From a virus: DNA of 64,000 nt. Every line of letters starts with the position of its first letter. Position 1 is the stretch's first letter. The notes under the pieces are model-generated. The model had not been told where the DNA came from. It worked only from the letters and a program-made list of their open reading frames with translations, and ran no database searches. Below are positions 58,664 through 64,000 of this stretch, in pieces. Both the position numbers and the translations under genes were made by a program. Where the stretch lies: IMG/VR virus record IMGVR_UViG_3300010403_000001, positions 15,712 to 79,711 of that record; one strand, given 5' to 3'.

Positions 58664-60843
58664 ACAGTATTGAAATAGCTTGAGGTGTGCTTATTGAATG
58701 CTTTGGTATATATCCCTTGATTGTCTTGTATGACGTATGGAACGGCTGTCCACAGCTGGTAAATTCCAAAACTCATAAATGCAGCGTGAGCGCTGGTTTC
58801 CACTTCATATGTACTCCCACCAGCGGTGAATGTCGATGAAGTAGTGGTGCCGTCACGAAGTTCAGTATACTCAACTCCACCGAGAAGGTAACTGGAAAAA
58901 TTGCCGCCGGCTCGCGGGGTTCCACCCATCCTCCATCGACCAGAAAAGGATGCTCCTTCGGCATCTCCCGATTGGAAAAAAACAGTCATAACTGTACTAC
59001 CAACATCCCCTCCTCCGAATGCTTCAGCAGTCTGTATGTCTCCAGTACTATTGTAGGCCGTGAACGATGGTTGGCCCATTTCATCCCACACTATACTGTG
59101 ACTGCTTCCTTGAATATATTCATCATTGTATGGACAATGGACTTTACTGCCCAGGCAAACCTCGTGCATTAGTCCACCAGTGGTCGTCACAGCGAATGTG
59201 GACAGCGAAGATATGCTGGGTACGAATGACGAAATCGTGCGAATACTGGTACCGGTAAGGGTGACCGCGAGGTTTGCGTCGATAAACCGATATCTCGGAT
59301 CAGTGTGAGCAATGCGGGGCTGAATCTGGAATCCTTCCCAGTATGTTGGGGTAAACTCAACAAACAGTGGGTTCAATGTTTGCATTTCAAATCTAAGACC
59401 ACCCCTGAACGCTTCAAAGAATGTGTTTGTTTGTCCTTCGTTAAAACTACCATCACTATCAGCTGCTGAATAATACACCGATTTTGGGGTTGTTTGCTCT
59501 ACTGTTTCTGTAGTGAAGTCATTGCCGAACGTAAATGACCAAAGATCCAAACCTGAATTAGAATTACGGAATCTAAAATAGCTGGTATAAGGTATCACAT
59601 TTACCCGCCATGTTTGCGTAAATGTTGATGCAACAAATGGACCGTGCGCTTCTGCTGTATCCATGAATGTATAAAACAAATTGCTCTCACCGAAGGTAGA
59701 ATCCTGCGTAATGTGATAATTAACTGAAACGGTGTAATCCGGAGTCGGTAAAGCAGTATCACTGTATCGCACGGAGACGAAAGACTCGGTGGTGATTGAT
59801 ATGTCGGGGGCTGCTGAAGACGAGTAGCTAAATGCGACCAAACCGAACGTGTTTGTCTCGGATGACCGTGAAGAATTAAATGTTGGATAAGTCTCCACCG
59901 AGAATGGTTCTGGTTGTCCTGGTACAGTGATTGAGTCATCTACTGATGCCCAGAAATCTGAGAATCTGGCAGTGTATCCAGTCCAATCAGAGGCATCGGT
60001 ATAAAATGGTCGAAAGATCCAGAACCAATCTTCTTTGGTACCGTTAGCTTCGGGAATAAAAACAGTGTTATCAGTCTTAAACACGCTCTGTTCAATATAA
60101 GGGGTGCATGAATACGATGCCCTGGTGAACGTAGTGCCATGGGCAGCTGATTGAGTGGTAGTAGAATAACTGTTGTCGGAAAATGTAGTAGTGGTGCTAC
60201 TGTCCGTAGAAGAAATTGTGGTGAACGTCGGAACAGTAATCTGGACTGATGTTGAGGTTGGTACCAATTCATTGATCACTGCATCTAATGTTTTAGTTCC
60301 ACTTATTACCGATGTGGTTCGGGTGGTACTAGTAGTTTCGTTACCGGCAATATGATCAGTGATTACAATCGTGGTATTGGAATAATATACCGGTCCTTCA
60401 CCAGTAGTAAAGTTGGCCTCAAAGGGGTTGATCTGGAAACTGCCACTGTAGCTTGTCGACGTTGAACCAGAGGCTGTGTATACACTAGTTCCTCCCGTAG
60501 ATGAAGAGCTATATGTATTGCTGGCACTTCCGATTACAGTGGAATAAATACTATTCGAATTTACTGACCAGCTCGTCTGACCATAATCATCATCGAAACC
60601 ATCCGCAGCAAAAGTTCCATCAGCTTGGTGGGTAGATCCATATCCATATTCGGATGTAACAGCAAAAGTATAATAACTCACTATATTTACACCCGAATTG
60701 GTGAACGTGTGGGTAAAGTAAAATGATGCTAAAGTCTCGCTCCCAGTTCTACTGTCACCATTACCGAAAGCGTCGCCTGCAGCCGATGTGAAATAGCCAC
60801 CAGTCCACATCGCCACTGGTACAAGTTCTGCATACTCTAACAT
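58660..60843 (-). CDS. Ser/Thr-rich tail-associated protein
   Basis: 727 aa with very high S/T/F/Y content, in the tail operon. Confidence 0.7.
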   Translation of the reverse strand: MLEYAELVPVAMWTGGYFTSAAGDAFGNGDSRTGSETLASFYFTHTFTNSGVNIVSYYTFAVTSEYGYGSTHQADGTFAADGFDDDYGQTSWSVNSNSIYSTVIGSASNTYSSSSTGGTSVYTASGSTSTSYSGSFQINPFEANFTTGEGPVYYSNTTIVITDHIAGNETTSTTRTTSVISGTKTLDAVINELVPTSTSVQITVPTFTTISSTDSSTTTTFSDNSYSTTTQSAAHGTTFTRASYSCTPYIEQSVFKTDNTVFIPEANGTKEDWFWIFRPFYTDASDWTGYTARFSDFWASVDDSITVPGQPEPFSVETYPTFNSSRSSETNTFGLVAFSYSSSAAPDISITTESFVSVRYSDTALPTPDYTVSVNYHITQDSTFGESNLFYTFMDTAEAHGPFVASTFTQTWRVNVIPYTSYFRFRNSNSGLDLWSFTFGNDFTTETVEQTTPKSVYYSAADSDGSFNEGQTNTFFEAFRGGLRFEMQTLNPLFVEFTPTYWEGFQIQPRIAHTDPRYRFIDANLAVTLTGTSIRTISSFVPSISSLSTFAVTTTGGLMHEVCLGSKVHCPYNDEYIQGSSHSIVWDEMGQPSFTAYNSTGDIQTAEAFGGGDVGSTVMTVFFQSGDAEGASFSGRWRMGGTPRAGGNFSSYLLGGVEYTELRDGTTTSSTFTAGGSTYEVETSAHAAFMSFGIYQLWTAVPYVIQDNQGIYTKAFNKHTSSYFNTV

Positions 60844-61467
60844 TTATACGGAAGCAACTCGCCAGGAATAATTAAGGTCATAATAAGGTCTTCCTGGTTC
60901 TGGGGTTTCAGTGAGAGTCTGAATCACTACTATTGGTGTGGCATTGATGTTATAATTCACAACCTGGTATACTAGCCCATATGCTACAATCCCAATAATA
61001 ACGTAGAATTCTTCAGGGGCTACGTTCACCAAATGCCCGGGTGGGTCAGGTGGGGCTGTTCGTGATTCTATCGTGATCCGGGTCGGTGTGTAATTATCCG
61101 TGAACACATGCAGCACAGCATAGGTCGTCGCCCCTATGTCATAAGGCAGTAACGTAAAGATGTTCTCTGGGATGATATCATTAACTGTCCCTGGTGTTAT
61201 CTGGTATTGACCGTTCTCCTGTAATATGATTTCAAATGGACCACGGGTTCCAAATGATCGCGGGGCAGGGCTGGTGGTCAATGCCATTAGCCCCTCTGAT
61301 GATCTCTTTTTGATTACATTTCGATCTGTGACTATGTTATCCCCACGAAGCATGGATTTAATAAGTTCCTGCATCGCATTGATACGATCGCTTCTTGCCA
61401 CAGAACGTACATCATCCCCTTTATTGATGCGTCCGAGCTTACGAAGATGAGTCTGGATATCACTCAT
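60844..61467 (-). CDS. Tail-tip protein (putative)
   Basis: Position after hub-like gene; PF...I.PG.VN motif. Confidence 0.55.
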   Translation of the reverse strand: MSDIQTHLRKLGRINKGDDVRSVARSDRINAMQELIKSMLRGDNIVTDRNVIKKRSSEGLMALTTSPAPRSFGTRGPFEIILQENGQYQITPGTVNDIIPENIFTLLPYDIGATTYAVLHVFTDNYTPTRITIESRTAPPDPPGHLVNVAPEEFYVIIGIVAYGLVYQVVNYNINATPIVVIQTLTETPEPGRPYYDLNYSWRVASV

Positions 61468-62219
61468 GACCGGTAAATCAGTTCATTCCAACCCCTGCGG
61501 CCACTAGCTCGCCATTCCCTTGTAATGAAGAAACAGTTGCCTCTTTGCTCATACGTTACGCCCATGTATAACCAATTCCCACCTGATGGAGGATTGGGTG
61601 CAGGTCCTGCCGGGGATTGAATATGACCTACAACGGTAGTATCGGATGGACGTGATGTAGCGCAATATCTCTCTCTCCAGCACATCTGTGCTGCCTCTAA
61701 ATAAGCGCTGATTCCAGCTAGTGGATTTAATGTACCACTTATCGTTAATTTAAAATGATCAAATACACCGACAGCATCACTCGCTGTTACTCTTCCAGTA
61801 GAAGGATCTATGAATATAGCACCATTCATTGGAGCACTGGGTCTGCCACCAATCTCGCTTATAAAACGTGGATGAGTTTCAATAGGTTCATCTGAGCAAC
61901 CTAAACTCAATTCGTAAATGGGAATTGTGCCACCAGGTATTCCCGCGAACTCTCCAGTGATAATGAGATATCCTGGTGTGATTGATACCCTCCTGCGTTC
62001 CATGTTGAGATATGTGAATACCGGGTGGTATGCGAACATTGGTGGAATCAAATCAGGCCTGTCCTGTGGAGCTTTAAACACTGCTGTGCATGTCTCTAAT
62101 CCATAGATATCAGTGTGAACCTCACCTGGAGACTCAACGATAAGTCCCCCATCGGCACCGTATATGCTTAATACATTTGATGGACCGAGGGTCCAGCTTG
62201 GTAATAGATCTCTAGCCAT
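61464..62219 (-). CDS. Tail hub/distal tail protein (putative)
   Basis: Directly after the tape measure; EPIETHPRF, W..SG..GWN..IY. Confidence 0.6.
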   Translation of the reverse strand: MARDLLPSWTLGPSNVLSIYGADGGLIVESPGEVHTDIYGLETCTAVFKAPQDRPDLIPPMFAYHPVFTYLNMERRRVSITPGYLIITGEFAGIPGGTIPIYELSLGCSDEPIETHPRFISEIGGRPSAPMNGAIFIDPSTGRVTASDAVGVFDHFKLTISGTLNPLAGISAYLEAAQMCWRERYCATSRPSDTTVVGHIQSPAGPAPNPPSGGNWLYMGVTYEQRGNCFFITREWRASGRRGWNELIYRS

Positions 62220-64000
62220 TAGAATGCATCCTGGTCTTTTGTGGAAATAACTTTAAGGTGATCGTTACCTTCAGTACTGGATTTGTGGATATCCTTCAAC
62301 ACACTAACCATATCGTAAGCTGAAGATGGAGTAGGATTAGGCATTGGAGTTGGCATCGGAGCAACTGATACTGATTGTATTCCCGCCATAGCTGGGGTAG
62401 GCGTCGGCATGGGATTTCCGTATGTGGGTGTCGCGGCAAGTTGTTCAAATGTTGTAGTTGGAACAACAGAAGAGGATGGAGTTGGAGCTGCCGATGGTAC
62501 CGCTCCGGCACCTACTGGTGCAGCTATCATTTCTTCATTTGGTGCTGGATTTAGTTGAGCTACTGGGGTGGCAGTCATTTCTTCACCTGGAGCGGGATTT
62601 AGTTGAGTTGGTGCGCCTGTAGCTTCTGGTGTCCCTGGAGCTCCGGGAGGAAGTTCCAATGCGGGATTGGCAGCTCCGCCTCCGGCCTCTGGTGTGCCAG
62701 CTCCCGATACAGCTGCATCAATATGCTTCAGTACATCCAGGGAAGCAGCAGTCAGATCACGTATCCGCTCCTGAACCCTTTGCCTGGGATCACCGGTTGG
62801 ACCAGTGACACCACCACCACCACCGATACGGGTCAGGCTATCAGCAACAGGTCTGATGTCGGTTGGTATTTGCTCCGTTAATTGATTCGACCGTTCTTGG
62901 AGAGCCATCTGCCTGGCCACATCATCTCCATAAGTTTGACGATATTGTTCGAATGATTGAGTGAATGCCCCGATATCCTGGTATGCTTCCCTTTGATTGG
63001 AGTCCCCTCTAACTAAGGCTTGCGCGGCCCCTGTCTGAGCAGCGAGTTCTATATTGCCTACAGCTTGTTCTCTGGTTTGGCCCCTTATGGCTCCACGTTC
63101 CCCGCGAGCTTCCTGTGCTATCTCGGGAATTCGAGTTTCAAAGTCAGCAAGTTCTTTAGCTGTAGCCATAAGATCCTGGATCTGCCGACCTGTATCAGGA
63201 CCAGCTTGAACACCTCCTGCCACTCTGCGTTCTGCTGCTGCTTGACGAAGTTTTTCCTTTTGCTCTTTCTTATTTGTTATACCTTCTGCTTCTTTTTCTA
63301 AGACAACAGCACGTTGAGCAGCATGAAGACGCTGAGCCTGAGCTTCCATTCCAGCGGCAGTACCCTGGCCCATTTGGGCTTGAGTTTCTAATAGCTGACT
63401 CTGTATTACAGATAGTTCATTTTTGGATTGTTTGAGTCTCTGGTTTTCCTCCTTTGTTATATTTCCAGCTTCTTTCTTCTTTTCCAGGCCTGATATTTCC
63501 AGTTGCAGATCAGCCTTCTGTTCGAGTTTACCGCCTTGGGCTTCTGCTATTTTCTGCCTGGTCTCTAGTCCACGCCTGGCATCTGCTGCGCGTTGCTCTA
63601 ATAGTTCAGCTCTTTCCTTACGAAGCTGTGGAGCTTCACCAGGACGTTCGCGCACTGATTCCTCAAAGCGTGATCGCTCCCGCATCTGACGTTCCTCTAA
63701 GCGACTCCCGATTACTGCGCCACGCTCCCGTGATGCCAGTTGCTCAGGACGAGGGAGCTCGTGCATTTTAATCCTGGCTTCTTCAATGGCTCTTGTGATC
63801 TCCTGGATTTTGCCGGCGTCATGTTTCTTCTCTGCCTCCGCTAATTCATTCTGAAGATCTATGATATGCTGAACCGACCGGCCGTATTGCTCCTGTAGGT
63901 CTGTAAGGTCCTGAATGGCTGCAGCGTGTGCATCAATGTTTGCCTGTGCTTCTCTGTGGGTTTTGTTTAATTCCCTGAGCTCACGAGCTGCATCCTTTGA
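62219..64000 (-). CDS. Tape measure protein, C-terminal part (frame open to the window edge)
   Basis: No stop found reading upstream of 63766; coiled-coil A/E/Q/R; VADSLTRIGGGGG motif. Confidence 0.75.
   Translation of the reverse strand, partial: SKDAARELRELNKTHREAQANIDAHAAAIQDLTDLQEQYGRSVQHIIDLQNELAEAEKKHDAGKIQEITRAIEEARIKMHELPRPEQLASRERGAVIGSRLEERQMRERSRFEESVRERPGEAPQLRKERAELLEQRAADARRGLETRQKIAEAQGGKLEQKADLQLEISGLEKKKEAGNITKEENQRLKQSKNELSVIQSQLLETQAQMGQGTAAGMEAQAQRLHAAQRAVVLEKEAEGITNKKEQKEKLRQAAAERRVAGGVQAGPDTGRQIQDLMATAKELADFETRIPEIAQEARGERGAIRGQTREQAVGNIELAAQTGAAQALVRGDSNQREAYQDIGAFTQSFEQYRQTYGDDVARQMALQERSNQLTEQIPTDIRPVADSLTRIGGGGGVTGPTGDPRQRVQERIRDLTAASLDVLKHIDAAVSGAGTPEAGGGAANPALELPPGAPGTPEATGAPTQLNPAPGEEMTATPVAQLNPAPNEEMIAAPVGAGAVPSAAPTPSSSVVPTTTFEQLAATPTYGNPMPTPTPAMAGIQSVSVAPMPTPMPNPTPSSAYDMVSVLKDIHKSSTEGNDHLKVISTKDQDAF

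Noticed and set aside
1-64000. CRISPR array, tRNA/rRNA, integrase, transposase, reverse transcriptase/DGR
   Set aside because: No regularly spaced repeats, cloverleaf-like sequence or catalytic motifs were recognised; this was a by-eye scan, so small elements could be missed
1-64000. Alternative genetic code (stop-codon reassignment)
   Set aside because: Terminase, portal, helicase and tail genes are full length in the standard code and use TAA, TAG and TGA as real stops
1-64000. Specific host assignment
   Set aside because: The lipoprotein and GT9 genes suggest a diderm host, but nothing in the window fixes the taxon without a database search

Overview
A 64-kb piece of a large tailed dsDNA bacteriophage (or prophage) genome; no host housekeeping genes, integrase, tRNA or CRISPR were seen. 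Minus-strand units carry the core functions: tape-measure C-terminus and tail/adhesin genes (51.7-64 kb), a lysis cluster with a GH75-like muralytic enzyme (47.9-51.7 kb), Bet recombinase/ParB/SF2 helicase/primase (41.6-47.7 kb), lambda-type small and large terminase (22.9-25.3 kb), a KH/SWIM/RusA/phosphatase/FkbM/GT9 cluster (16.2-19.6 kb), and gpW-like plus lambda-type portal genes (9-11.4 kb). These units are separated by plus-strand islands of small accessory genes (Tad1-like sponge, SLOG, SPFH, AAA ATPases, C2H2 zinc fingers, paralog families). Main candidate for a new system: three ORFs downstream of the portal (1-6054) look like polyproteins, with basic Gly/Ala-helix modules and a ParB/Srx-like module separated by about 11 copies of a motif ending [IVT]-x-F, and a zinc metallopeptidase gene between them. 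Second: TTGACA sits 14-16 nt before the start codon of six minus-strand genes, a spacing incompatible with a normal -35 box. All family assignments come from motif recognition by eye, not database searches.
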